This document shows positions 32,086-47,320 of a stretch of 64,000 bases of DNA, one piece after another. The DNA comes from the human T2T-CHM13v2.0 reference genome, Homo sapiens. Position 1 is the first letter of the stretch. Each line of letters starts with the position of its first letter. The notes beneath the pieces are model-generated. The model worked only from the letters and a program-made list of their open reading frames with translations, was not told the DNA's origin and did no database searches. The stretch is from assembly GCF_009914755.1 (NCBI RefSeq), contig NC_060925.1; one strand, written 5' to 3'. The position numbers and the translations under genes are program-made.

Positions 32086-33100
32086 CACTTCCACATCCAG
32101 ACAGCATAATTAGAATCAGACTTTCCCTGCTATCATAAACAATTTAACTGGATAAAATATAAAGTGATTGTTTTCATACATTAATTGCCCCAACAATTGT
32201 GCTGCTTTCTTCATAGAGATGAGTTTTGGACCACAACCGAGACAGGGAAGGCCCAAGCAGAGCACAGTGGGCTCCTAGACTTTAAGAGATAGAGATCAAG
32301 GTTCAGGGAGTCTGAGGTGGCAGGACTTTCCTGGGGAAAGTACATAATAGAGCCAAAGACAGAAAGAGCTCCAGAAATCTGTCTAAGGGCCACCTCAAGT
32401 CATTGTGTAAGAGGGAGCACAGGACTGTGACCTTAGGAGAAGGAAAATAAACAAGGTGAGCTGCATGCATCACAGGAACAACTCGTTACCTACAGACAGT
32501 TACCAGGTTACAGACCAGAGAGCCAGCAGTCTTGAGTTGAGTGGTCAGAGGCTGGGGTTTGGTGGACAAGGGCAGAAGATCAGAGAAGGAGGTGCTGCAC
32601 AGAGACCTGCAGAGGGGTACTCTCAAGTCTTTGGTTGAGTATATCTACATATGTAGAGGAAGTTACCTGAGGCCAGAGACATAGTCACCAGGAAGACATA
32701 GGCAGAAAACTCTTGAAGCTCAACTAGGCTGGGAATATATGGTGTTCTCACTAGCTAGAGTGGAAAGGCCTTATAGCACACGGGGCATCAGGTAGAAAAC
32801 TAAAGGGGTATTGTCTTAGTACTGAGGCTATGTTCACTCTAGACCAGGGGTGTCCAATCTTTTGGCTTCCCTGGGCCACATTGGAAGAAGAATTGTCTTG
32901 AGCCACACATAAAATACACTAACACTAACGATAGCTGATGAGCTATAAAAAAAAATAGCCAAAAAATTTACAAACTTATGTTGAGTTACATTCAAAGCCA
33001 TCCTGGGCCACATGTGGTCCACGGGCCGTGGGTTGGACAAGCTTGCTCTAGACTAAAGGCTGTTCTGAATCTCTTTAACAAACTTCAGAACAGGGGAAAA
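32086..33100 (+). mobile_element. Old L1M 5'-region fragment
   Basis: Similar to the L1M segment at ~37870-39300. Confidence 0.5.
32845..33045 (+). mobile_element. MER30 hAT MITE
   Basis: caggggtgtccaatcttttggcttccctgggccac...ttggacaagcttg; perfect 8-bp TSD ctctagac. Confidence 0.92.
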
Positions 33101-33109
33101 AAGCTAACA

Positions 33110-33790
33110 TTTAATATTTTTAAATTGTGGTAAAATATATATCACATAAAATTTAACATTTTAACCATCTTTAAGTATACAATTCTATGGCAATAAGAAC
33201 ATTCACCATGTTGTGAAACCATCACTGCTATCCATTTCCAGAACTTTTCCATTATCCCAAACAGAAATGCTACCCATTAAACAATAAGTCCCTGTTCCCA
33301 CTGCCTCCATCCCCTGGTAACCTCTACTCTAGGTTCTGTCTCTATGAAGTTTCCTATTCCAGCTACCTCATGTAAGTGGAATCATACAGTATTTGTCTTT
33401 TTGTTTCTGGCTTATTTCACTCAGCATGTTTTCAAGGTCCATCCATGCTGTTGCATTTATCAGAATATCATTCTTTTTAAGGCTGAATAATATTCCATGG
33501 TACATATGTATCATATTTTAATCCACTATCTGTTTATGGAAATTTGAGTTGTTTCCACTTTTTGGCTATTGTGAAAAATGTTGCTATTAACATTGGTGTC
33601 CAAGTATCTGTTAGAGTTCCACTATCAATCCTTTTGAGTATATACCTAGAAGTGGAATTGCTGAATTATATGTTATTTCTGTGTCTAACTTTAACTTTTT
33701 GGGGAACTGCCAAACTGTTTTCCACAGCAGGTGCACCATTTCTAATTCCTATCAGCAGCACATAAGGGTTCCAGTTTCTCCACATCCTTT
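33110..33790 (-). mobile_element. L1MB-type 3' end
   Basis: ttgtggtaaaatatatatcacataaaattt...gttccagtttctccacatcct. Confidence 0.85.
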
Positions 33791-34651
33791 TAAAAAACGC
33801 AAGTTAATTTAAGTGTTTAAATTTTTCCTGTTCAGATAGTGAAAAATTCCATTTCATTCCTTCTTCTGCCCTGCACACCCAACCGAAGGCTGTGTGTCAA
33901 AGTCCAAGGGACTTATACAAAGTGTTGGGGCTTGAGCCCTTGGGTCCACAAAAGTTATCACTGACATGTTATTTTCTACTGTCTGACACTTTCCGAGTTG
34001 GCAGGTTTCTGTGGCTTCTACACCACACGTGAGACATGAGACATTCTCATAAGGCAGAGGCACCCAGCTCCTGTCAGTTCTACTCTCCAGCTGTAGCATG
34101 CTGCCATTTCCCTCTGAGGTCATGCAAGACCTACCACCACCAAAGTCAATCTCAGGTCCCCTCTACTCTGAAATGCACAAGCCTGTCTCTCAACCCCTGG
34201 GAATCATTTCGTTCTCTGGAGGGAGTTTCACTGATCCCCTTCTGTTTCTTCCAAACTCCCAATTTCTCTTAAAAATTTTGAAAACATTTATACTCACAAA
34301 TAAAAGACCGGAAATCTTGCAGATAACTTCTGCTTTTTTACCAACCTTATGCCTTCCCAGAAGTTATGAAGTGCAGTCACAGTGATCAATTGAATGAGGA
34401 AGGAAATGGGGGAAATTGGTAGGGCAGGGGTAAGGAGGTCATTGCACTCAAAATATCTAGACAAATAACAAGATTTTAAGCAAATACAAATATAAACACT
34501 TAGACATGCTCTGGGAGAAAATTGGAGAAATGTAGCAAGTATAAAGAAACAGAAATTATTCACAATCACACCACCTGAAGTTAACATTTTGATATATAGT
34601 CTTTTAATTTTTTCTCTAAGAACAGAGATGTGCCTTGAAACTTGAAGTTCA

Positions 34652-35233
34652 GGACAGGCGTGGTGATGCACATCTATAATCCTAGCACTCTGAGTGACCA
34701 AGGTGGGAGGATGGCTTAAGGCCAGGAGTTTGAGACCAGCCTAGGCAACATAGCAAGACCCTCTCTCCAAAGAAAATTTAAAAATTAGCCAGGTGTACTT
34801 GGCACATGCCTGTAGTCTCAGCTACTCAGGAGGATGAGGCAGGAGGATTGCTTGAGCACAGAAGTTTGAATTTGCAGTGAGCTACTGTAGCAGGACGAGC
34901 CGTGGACAAAACCTCTCAGACACCAGGTTAAGGAAGGATTTGGCTTTATTTTGCCGGGAGCTTCGGCAGACTCACGTCTCAACGTCCGGGAGCTTCGGCA
35001 GACTAGCGCCTCAAGAACCCAGCTCTCTGAAGAATTTATTTGGCCAGGAGCTTCATCAGACTCACGTCTCAAAAACCGAGCTCTCAGACAGTGGGTTAAG
35101 GAAGGATTTGGCTTTATTTGGCCGTGTCTGAGAGGTTTTGTCCGTGGCTTGTCCTGCTACACTATGATCATGCCACCACACTCCAGCCTGGGCAACAGAA
35201 TGAGACCCTATCTCAAAAAAAAAAAAAAAAAAA
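34652..35233 (+). mobile_element. AluJ interrupted in the right arm by an LTR-derived insert
   Basis: The Alu stops at gcagtgagctac and resumes at ctatgatcatgccaccacactccagcc. Confidence 0.92.
34886..35161. mobile_element. 276-bp insert made of rearranged R/U5 pieces of an LTR2-like (HERV-E-type) LTR, with 38-bp terminal inverted repeats
   Basis: tgtagcaggacgagccgtggacaaaacctctcagacac ... gtgtctgagaggttttgtccgtggcttgtcctgctaca; 4-bp TSD ctac/ctat. Confidence 0.85.
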
Positions 35234-35426
35234 ATTCATACAATATATATTGCTTGTCTTTCAGAGTCACCCTTTCTTAAGTAATTAAAGAAAATATTTT
35301 ATGTGATTTCCAGAAGCCCAGAGCCCTTTCTACTGGTTTTGAGTTTTCTGAATGAAAGAGAACATGCTTACCTTCTTCTGATTCCTCATTTTTTACCCAC
35401 TGCTTTTGATTTTCTATAGATGTTCT

Positions 35427-35627
35427 ATGCTGTCCAATACCAAGCCATAAGTTACATGTGGCTATTTAAATTTGAGCTAGTTAAGTCTAAATAAAATGGA
35501 AACTTCAGCTCCCAGTCACACTAGCCATATTTTAAATATTCAGTAGGCACATATGGCTAGTGGCTATTGTATTAGGTAGTACAGATCTAGAACACTTCAT
35601 TGTTGTAGAAAGTTCTATTAAACAGTG
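35427..35627. mobile_element. MER3-type hAT MITE
   Basis: tgctgtccaata...catgtggctatttaaatttg...gtagaaagttctattaaacagtg; flanked by tgttcta. Confidence 0.75.
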
Positions 35628-36048
35628 TGTTCTAGCTGACCTCGACTCAATCTGACTCCTCCTATGCACCTGCTATCATTTCCTTTTATCATCTAGCTCC
35701 CATTCCTGTATTTCCCCAAACACCAAAAACACATTGCTGCTGGACATGTTTTTTAAAAAGCATTTTTAAAGGTTTAGCAATAGCAGAAGATTATTGCCAA
35801 AAGAAAGCAGAAAAACAAGTTAAAAACAAATAGTAGGTGTCAATGTTGCACAAATTTGCTAACCTGCACTGACCTAGTGTATACATCCAACCAACTAGTT
35901 AACCAGTTGGGCCTCAGTTCAGCAACTGATAGGTAAGATAATCATTATTTTTTATCCAACCATTACCTGACTTGGAATAACTATCATGCTCTTTTCTTCT
36001 AATTAAAAACATCATATAATATGTAGAATATAAAGGTAAAAATTCAGA

Positions 36049-36306
36049 GCAGCGAGGCAGGCGGATCACGAGGTCAGGAGTTTGAGACCAGCCTGGCCAA
36101 TATGGTGAAACCCTGTCTCTACTAAAAACACAAAAATAGCCGGGCGTGGTGGTGGGCGCCTGTAATCCCAGCTACTCGGGAGGCTGAGGTGGGAGAACTG
36201 CTTGAACCTGGGAGGCGGAGTTTGTATTGAACCAGAGATCGCGCCATTGCACTCCAACCTGGGCGACCGAGTGAGACTCTGACTCAAAAAAAAAAAAAAA
36301 AAAAAA
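36049..36306 (+). mobile_element. AluS, 5'-truncated
   Basis: Alu consensus; near-TSD aaaaattcagag/aaaaatccggag. Confidence 0.93.
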
Positions 36307-38342
36307 TCCGGAGGAGGTATTCTCATGCAATTAGGAGATGTTTATTGTCACTACAGAAACAACCTTTCACTGCTCCCTGGCCTACTACAACCTTGTTGAT
36401 CTTTTTGCTGCCTCTCTTTCCTGATCATGTGCTCCAGCATTCTATCTTTCAGGCCATCAACGTAAAAACTAAAAACTCTTGTTATTCTGTCACACTGAAT
36501 AATTTGGCTCCTGATTTTTTGAAACCTCTCCCTATCTAGACTGGCCTGTGGCCTTGCCTCCCAGAGCAAAAGAACTTCCTTCATCAAGCTTCCCTAAACA
36601 AAAGAGCAGTTTTTCCCCAAGAAGAATTTTGCTATTCTGTCATTCTTTTAAAATGCTGAAGTAGCCACTAGAAAATTTGGTTTTATAAATGACTTTTTCT
36701 TGTTTCATGCTGCTTTTTTTTTACTTCTCAATGTTTCATAAGTATTTTATTATTTTTGTAAAGGCATGTAATAATATTCCATAGATATACCCTACTTTAC
36801 TTAACTATCTCTTATGGTTGGGTACGTTTGCAGTGAGCTATGATCGCACCATCACACTCCAGCATGGGCAACAGAGCAAATCCTATTGGCTTTACTGTTG
36901 AAACATGGTAGTAATGATCCACATGAAGATACCTAAATAACTTTGTTACAAACCCTACCTACTTAGCATACAGTGGGCAAAGCTGATTAATCTCATATTT
37001 AGAAGTTGTATGAACAAGCGCAACATTGCACCTCCTACAACTGTGAGTAAAATAAATGTCGTTCTCATCTTTGCATCTGCCTATAAAGCTTATTTTAATA
37101 GAAATGAAGATAACATAAAGACTATATGGTTTACTGACTGATTCTGAATCAGAGAACTTGGAGAAAGAAAATTATATGATCAAGACTTTAAATTCTCAAT
37201 TCAAGCTTGAATAAAGAACAAGAAATTTTTTGAAGGCCCCCCCAAAATTATCTCACGTAGCCAACGAGTAAACATTTCTTAAAAGAAAAACAAAACAAAA
37301 AAAAGAACTAAAGTTATATCCTGTGGGTGACAGACTTACAATGAGAAATGTTTATTTTGAAGAGGCTTTAATGAACTTCCCAAAGAAGTTACCTTGGAGG
37401 GGAATGCTGATCCTCATCAAGACCCACCTCCAGCAGCTCTCATTGGTTCTAGATCTATAATTATTTTTAAGTTCTCTCAGCTCCCCAGGCTTGATTTTAT
37501 GTGTGACCTGGGAGGAAGTATTATATACATGGAAAGAATTTCCAGATTTCTCTTATTTATGTCTGTAGAAATCCAGGGAATATAAATGGGAGTGGATCTT
37601 AAACATGTTAGACCAGAGTGAAAGAAATATGTCATATATATATTTTTACCAGGTGAGTGCTAGCATTAGTGCATTTTCAGCATGAGAGCACTAACAAAAG
37701 ATTCTGGGTTTGATGCATTAGCTTAGACAACTGGGAGTGGCTCTAAAAATCTGCTCCACTGGTTGACTAAAACCTAAACTCAAAGGTGACCTATGCTGAA
37801 TAGACTGGAGAATGTCAGAGCTTTCTAAGTATATTGTAGAGGAAGGTATCTAACCATAAAGGAAATTTCTGCTTCCAGCAAAGGTGGAAAAGAGGAACTG
37901 GGTTTATCCTCCCGCCTACATAACAAAAAAATAGATGACATATAGGAAACAATTATTTGAAAGACATTGGACATCAGATAATGAAGGACTGGGATCCCTG
38001 TGAGATGGGAAACAAATGATGTAAGACTTATGATTGCCCTACTTTACTGTCTTGAAAGAATCTCCAGACTGCTGCACAGGGAAGGGGAATGAAAGTGGAG
38101 GGCAGTGAACTACCTAAGTTGAGACAATACTGAGAGTATGGGGAGATCAAGGAAGCTAGGAAGGTAAAGTTCACAGGACAGAGACATAGAAGAGAACTGC
38201 AGAAAAAGAGAACTTTGGAGATCTGCAAAAGGTGCTCTTGAGTATTTAGCTGAATACCATTCAATGCATTCATGTGAGAAAAATATTCATGGTTAGAGAA
38301 AAGGATTACTTGTGACAGTGCTTGCCATTCACAAAAGGGCAG

Positions 38343-39081
<739 letters not shown>

Positions 39082-41039
39082 GGCAGAAACTGTGCCTGTT
39101 TTCACCAGCTTGACTGAAAATTAACAATTCATGAGGGTTTATGTAGCATGCCAGAAGATTTTGGCTCTGGAATTGGAACAATTATCTCCAGATTGAGCAC
39201 TGCTCTGGCCTCACCTAAAAAAATATTAAAATCAAGACCCCAAAAGATCACATATTTTAGGTAAACTGCACAAAAGCATGAAGTGCAAGAATGTTTACAG
39301 AAGTACAAAAATATTCAGCACCAATAAGGTAAAATTCAGAAAGTCTACTATCCAATAAAAAAATTAGCAGTCATGTGCAGAAGCAAGAAAATACAGTCCA
39401 CAATGAGGGGATAAATCCATCATTTGAAACCTACTCAGACTGGCACAGATGTTGGAGTGAGCAGATAAGGATATTACACAGTTATGACCATAGGTTGTAT
39501 GTTCTAAAAGGTAAGTAAAGGCATGGAAAGTACAAAAAAAAGATCTAAGTTGAACTTTTGGAAGTGAAAACTACAACATTCAAAATGAAAAATACACTAG
39601 ATAGGATTAACAGTGGATTAGACATTTCGGGAAAAAAGATGAGCAAACATGAAGACATAGTAATAGAAAGTATCCAAAATGAAACATAGAAAGAAGAGAA
39701 AAAAGGACAGAGCATCAGTGAGCTGTAGGATAATTTCAAGTGGTTGAATATATATATGGAATTGGAGTCCTCAAAGATAAGGAGAGGGAAGGGAAGACAG
39801 AAAAAAAAACTATTTAAAGAAATAATGGCCAAATATTTTACTAATTTGTTGTAAACCATAACACACAGACCAAAGAATCTCAACAAATTACAGGCACAAG
39901 AAATATGAAAAAAAAATTCACCAAGTCATATTTTAATCAAGTTACTCAGAACCAATTTAAAAAATTATAAAAGTAATCAGAAATAAATATTTATGTACAG
40001 ACGAAGAATGATATGAGTGAGAACACATTTATTGTCAGAGACAATATGTATTCATCTGTTCTCACACTGCTATGAAGAAATATCTGAGACTGGGTAATTT
40101 ATAAAGAAAAGAGGCTTAATTGATTCACAGTTCCACATAGCTGAGGAGACCTCAGGAAACTTACAATCATGGCAAAAGGCAAAGGAGAAGCAGGCACCTT
40201 TGTCAGATCCGGGGGTCTGGGTCTAGCCCATGCTGAAGTATGAGGGAAGTGGGTGGATGGGCAGAAAGAACACTCAGGGGGCCTTAGGCAGGTGAATATG
40301 GTTTTATTCAGCAGCAGCTCTCATTAACAACTTTCTCACACTAGCTCTTTATGCTGTCTTCCCTGTCTCAGCTGCTTGAGCTAGTGGCTCCCACATACAG
40401 CTGTACAGCCGGCTCTGCCCTGCCTTTCGGGTCAGCAGCTTAACTCTTTCTGTCTCTGGGCACAAGCCAGTCGAGCTATGTCCTAGCTCCCTCCTGTTCA
40501 TCTGCAAGATGGATAGCTCTGACTCTCTCTTTCTCTGGGCACAAGTGCACCTGCTATGTTGAGCCAAGCCAAGCCCACGAGCCGCTGTATAGCATTAGCA
40601 GGGCAATTATACCTTTCACAGGCAATAGTGGCTCAGAGCAAAGTATGAACTTATACAAACAGGTTATATAACAAGTGGAGGTTTGCACCTGTGCACCAAA
40701 CTTGCTGATTCCTGCAGGCCTGGATATCCGCCTTGGTCTATTCTTCGACCAAAGCACATCCGTGTACCTTACATTCCATCCCCTAGGCCGAGGGAGACAT
40801 AGGCCTTGGACACACAGGTTTGATACACAGGTTTGGCACACAGGCCTGATATATAAACTTTGGGCATGCAAACCCAATACATACACATAGGCTTGACACA
40901 TAAGCCTGACCCATAAGCATTGGGCACGCAGGCCCAATGTATATATACAGATTTGACACATACATAAGCTGTGATAAACTGCCCAGCTATTGGCACAGAT
41001 TACCATCAGTGTTACCTTCTTGGTGATTACCATTTACAT

Positions 41040-42274
41040 TGCTGTGAGTTTAGCTCATTAGCTACTTTGCGTACACTGGTTTTAAACCATATGGTGTCAG
41101 TACTAGGCTGGACTGCAACAACAGTCGAGGCAGCAGTAGCACCTTGGCTAGACCCATCTGTATACCATGCCCTATTAGGAATGGGGGGACGCTCTTCCTA
41201 ATGGTGAAAGCATAGGGTCTAGGGATGCCTTAGGCCCCACAGTCTTATTTTGCATTAGGACTACAGGTCCCAAGACTTTTTGCAACTTTGCTGCTAAGGG
41301 ACTTGGCATACTTTGCTGCTCCAAGTAGGCACCCCACTTTGCTAAAGTGGATGTCTGTGCCTTCCCTGTCTGGGGGGTTGTTCCCCATGAACACACCCCT
41401 CCCGCTACTAGGTAAGTGGCCCATACGATGACTGTAACCCATCCTGACACACTTTTGTGAGCCTAAAGGGCAGCATATGCAGTTACTGTTTTCCCAGTTG
41501 AGGGGGTGGTTACCCATGAACACACCCATCCTGCTGTTACTAACTGCTTCTCTACCAAGAAATACTGGAGCTCAGCTCCCTTCCATAGTTGGGACCAAAA
41601 GCCTATTGGCATGCTCAGGCACTCCATGTGCTGCTATAAGCCCTAACTGAAACTCATCTGTGGTGACATGCACATCTAGCTTAAATGGGCACCTCTAGTC
41701 GACTACCCATTGGGCTTGTGCCTGCTAAATAACCTATGTGCCAGAAAGACTCTCTCAGCCACATCATCCAATCCCAAGCAAGAGTGGTGTTGCCATTTCT
41801 AAATCTGCAAGAGAATCAGAGGTGAGCATAACATCATTAATAAGACCGTGATATATGGTGGGGCTATGCATATAGCCCTGCAGCAACACTGTGAATGTCC
41901 ATCATCGCCCTCCTATGAAGACAAACTGTTCCTGGCTCTCTGGAGCAATGTTTATTGAGAGGAATGCATTGGTCAAGTCCACCACACAGTGGTACTGTCC
42001 CAGTTCTGTTGTCAAGCGATTCATCAAATCTGTGATGGAGGGTACAGTTGCATGCAGTGAGGGTGTTATTCAGTTTCCAATAATCCGCTGTCATCCGCCA
42101 AGACCCATCAGGCTTTCTGACCGGCCATACCGAGGAATTGTAGGGGCTATGGGTGCCACGCACTATTTGCACCTCTTCTAACTTCTGAATAGTCTCAGTT
42201 ATATCGGTATGCCTCCCTGGCAAAAGGTATTGACGAGTGGAGGTAACCCATCGGGGTTGTGGCAGAACTTGGGG
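41040..42274 (-). pseudogene. Deleted ERV pol (RT N-terminus, connection and RNase H remnants)
   Basis: SPYNSSVWPVRKPDGSWRMTADYWKLN; the catalytic YxDD region is disrupted (reads LINDVMLTS). Confidence 0.8.
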
Positions 42275-42622
42275 CTAATGATGTGTATGTCCCCGCAGTA
42301 CCAGCTTTGCTACATGAACTGGGAGTCTGAATTCTCCGGCCATGGTGTATAAGTCCAGACCATGCAAAATGTTCACCCCCAGAATATATTCAGGTATGGG
42401 AGAGACATACACAGTGTACAGGTGGGGGGCCAAGCAGCCAATGCCAAGATGCAGGAAAGCAGGTTTCACCTTCACCGACTGGCCACCATAACCGTGAGTG
42501 AAAGCAGCTTTGCCCGGAAACTTATCCGGGTTCCCATAAAGAAGACAGCAGTGTGCACCAGTATCTACCAGTGCTAGGACCCACTGTACATTAGTTGGGG
42601 ACGAGTGGATTACCAGCTCCAC
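42275..42622 (-). pseudogene. ERV aspartic protease remnant
   Basis: LALVDTGAHCCLLYG catalytic DTG motif and ILGVNIL C-terminal motif. Confidence 0.85.
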
Positions 42623-42676
42623 ATATAGACTAGGGTCATCAGGCGCCCGCTCAGGCCGGGCACCTGGGCCAGTTCC

Positions 42677-44358
<1,682 letters not shown>

Positions 44359-44432
44359 AGCCGACCCAGGAGTCCTCAGGGACTAAACACCCACTCACCT
44401 CATCCTGCTGAAGACTCTAAATGTCAGGTCCA

Positions 44433-44443
44433 CGACTACGCCA
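44433..44443 (-). promoter_or_regulatory. Retroviral primer-binding site (tRNA-Ser)
   Basis: Minus strand reads tggcgtagtcg, complementary to the tRNA-Ser 3' end ...cgactacgcca, next to the 5' LTR. Confidence 0.8.
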
Positions 44444-45578
44444 AATGTCACGCGGGGGACTGTAGGCAGGTGAATATGGTTTGATTCAGCAATAGCTCTC
44501 ATTAACAGGTTTCTCACACTAGCTCTTTACACTATCCAGCCTGCCTCGGATGCTTGAGCTCGTGGCTCCCACATACAGCTGTGCTTCTGGCTGTCCCCTG
44601 CCTTTAGGGTCAGCAGCTTAACTCTTTCTGTCTCTGGGCACTAGTGGGCCAAGCTGTGTCCTGGCTCCCTCCTGTCCATCTCAAGACAGACAGCTCTGAC
44701 TCTCTCTTTGTCTGGGTGCAAGTGTGCCTATCATGTCAAGCCATGTTGCACTGAGCCAAACCCCAAGAGCCCCTGTAGAGCGTTAACAGGGCAATTATAC
44801 CTTTTACAGACAATAGTGGCTCAGAGCCAAGTATGAACTTACACAAACAGGTTATATAACAAGTGGAGGTGTGCGCTTGAGCACCAAACTCACCGAGTCA
44901 TGCAGGCTTGGATATTCACCTCGGCCTATTCGTTGACCAAAGCACATTCATGTACCTACAACCTTCTTCACAGGGCAGCAGGACAGAGTGAGTGCAAGCA
45001 GTTGAAATGTCAGATGCTTGTAAAACCATCAGATCTCGTGAAACTCACTATCACGAGAACAGCATGGGAGAAACTGCCCCCATGATCCAATTACTCCCAC
45101 CTGGTCCCACCCTTAACACATGGGGATTATGGGGATTACAATGCAAGATGAGATTCTGGGTGGGGATACAACCAAACCATATCACATATTCAAAAACTGA
45201 ATTAATAACCAGCAGATTTACCTCACAAGATAATAGTAGTTAAAGTTTTTTTAGGAAGAAGGAAAATACCAGATGGAAATATTGACCTATCCAAAGGAAT
45301 GAAGAGCACCAGAAATGGTAACTACATAGATAAACATATAAGGCTTTTTTCTTATTATTCAAACACTAAGGATATTGGAATTCTGAAATGAAATATGTTC
45401 AAGCTGTGCACCTGCCACCTAATTTTGCCCCAACCCATGGAATCTGAAGGCTACAACCTTCCCAAGAGTTTGAGGAGTACATTGAGAGGAATTTCAGCAT
45501 TCTTTAAGTCCCCTGTACTAGATTTCCTTTACAGGCCAGAAATTACAGTGGGAAATTCTGTCATCAAAAGGCCTCTTT

Positions 45579-45887
45579 GGCTGTGTGAGGTGGTTCACAC
45601 CTGTAATCTCAGCACTTTGGGAGGCCGAGGTGGGCTGATTGCTTGAGCCCAGGAGTTCCAGACTGGCCTGGGCAACATGCCAAAACCTGTCTCTAAAAAA
45701 AAAAAAAAAAAAAAAAAGCCAGTCATAGTGGCACTCACCTGTGGTCCCAGCTACTCAGGGGTCTAAAGCAGGAGAATCACCTGAGCCCAGGAGGTCTAGG
45801 CTACAGTGAGCCATGATCATGCCTCTGCACTCCAGCCTGAGTGAAAGCACAAGACCCTGTCTCAAAAAAAAAAAAAAAAAAAAAAAA
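45579..45887 (+). mobile_element. AluJ followed by a (GGGGA)n tract
   Basis: TSD aaaag(g/a)cctcttt. Confidence 0.92.
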
Positions 45888-47320
45888 GAAGGGGAGGGGA
45901 GGGGAGGGGAGGGGAGAGGAGGGGAAGGAAAGGGAAGGGAAGGGAAGGGAGGGAAAAGACCTCTTTGAATCCAGTGGAGAAATTTGATCCTGAAGGGGTA
46001 AAGGCCAAGTGGTAGCACTTACTCAACAGACCAGATGGAGGAGGTTATTGTAATTAACACCCAGGCAAAAAAGCAGTACTCAGAGTGGCTGATCCACAAA
46101 TATACTTGGCATTGGCTAACTGAGTAAGTTGTCCCTTTGACTGATACAGGTAAATGATGAGTGGGCACATGTGGTCCCTGAACTTTTATGGCTATTTTCC
46201 AATTCAGGAATGCATAGTTGGAATACATATGCTCAATAACTTGTAGACTACAAATATTGTTTTCCTACACAGTTTATTTTCCTGGTAGGGAAGGACAATG
46301 GAAACCCTTAGAACTTCCTCTACTTACCAAAAGACTAAACCAAAAACAATACTACTTTCCTGGAAAAATTGCACAGATTAATGTAACCATCACTTATGAT
46401 TTCTGCAACATATTCATTCATCTCACCTGCTTGGCCAATGCAGAAAATGATATTGGCTTAACATTAACTTAATGAAAGCCTGAATCCAATTAGAGCCAAT
46501 AAGCATGTACCCTTCTACCTGCAATGCAGCTGTTGATTCAAAGTATTTTTCTCTTGACTTGTTAATAAAATACACCAGAAACAGTTTCTTTTCACCTGGC
46601 GTGGTTATTAACACATCTTTTCTGTTCTACTTTGGGTTGTATCAATTCTCTGTCTGTCTTAATCTATCTGTAGGGACCTTGTTCACCTCTTCATTCTAAA
46701 GAATATTATAGCCCTACGGCATGACTAGGGCAGAGAGAAACCCAGGAGGATAGTATAAGGAGAGCTACAATGATCATCAAGAGCCCGACAATGCAGCTTC
46801 TTGGAACCAAGAACTTTGAGGATATTAAGGATGTTGGTCCATAGCTTAAAAACAATGGAAAGCCTTTAACAATTTTGAAAGCTTCAGGGATAGATAAAAT
46901 TGTGTGTGCAAGGGGAGTGGGGGTGACTTTTTTGTGATTTCAATAATAAGGAGGAATTTATTCTATCAAATAGAACAAAATGAGATTTGCATTTTGAAGA
47001 TATCACTCTCTGTGTGATGTCAAAAATGAATATGAATGGGAGGCACAAAAATTGAAGGGACATCAATTAAAAGAAAAGTGCATTATTTTAAGATAGAGAT
47101 GGTAGCTTGGAATATGCTGGCAGAAGATATGGGAAGTATGGATAAAGAGGTATTTTGAACAAAAAATAGATGGATCTCAAAGATGGATTAGATATTGGAG
47201 AATGAAAAGCATGAGATATCATGGATGAACCTGAGATTTGTAAATTAGGTGACTGGATGCATGATGGTACTATTCAATGAGATTAGAAACATTGGCAGGA
47301 ACCAATAACTTTGGAGGGAG

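Noticed and set aside
34920-35125. Repeat-spacer-like pattern resembling a CRISPR array
   Set aside because: The context is primate, there are no cas genes, and the units are overlapping LTR pieces without unique spacers.
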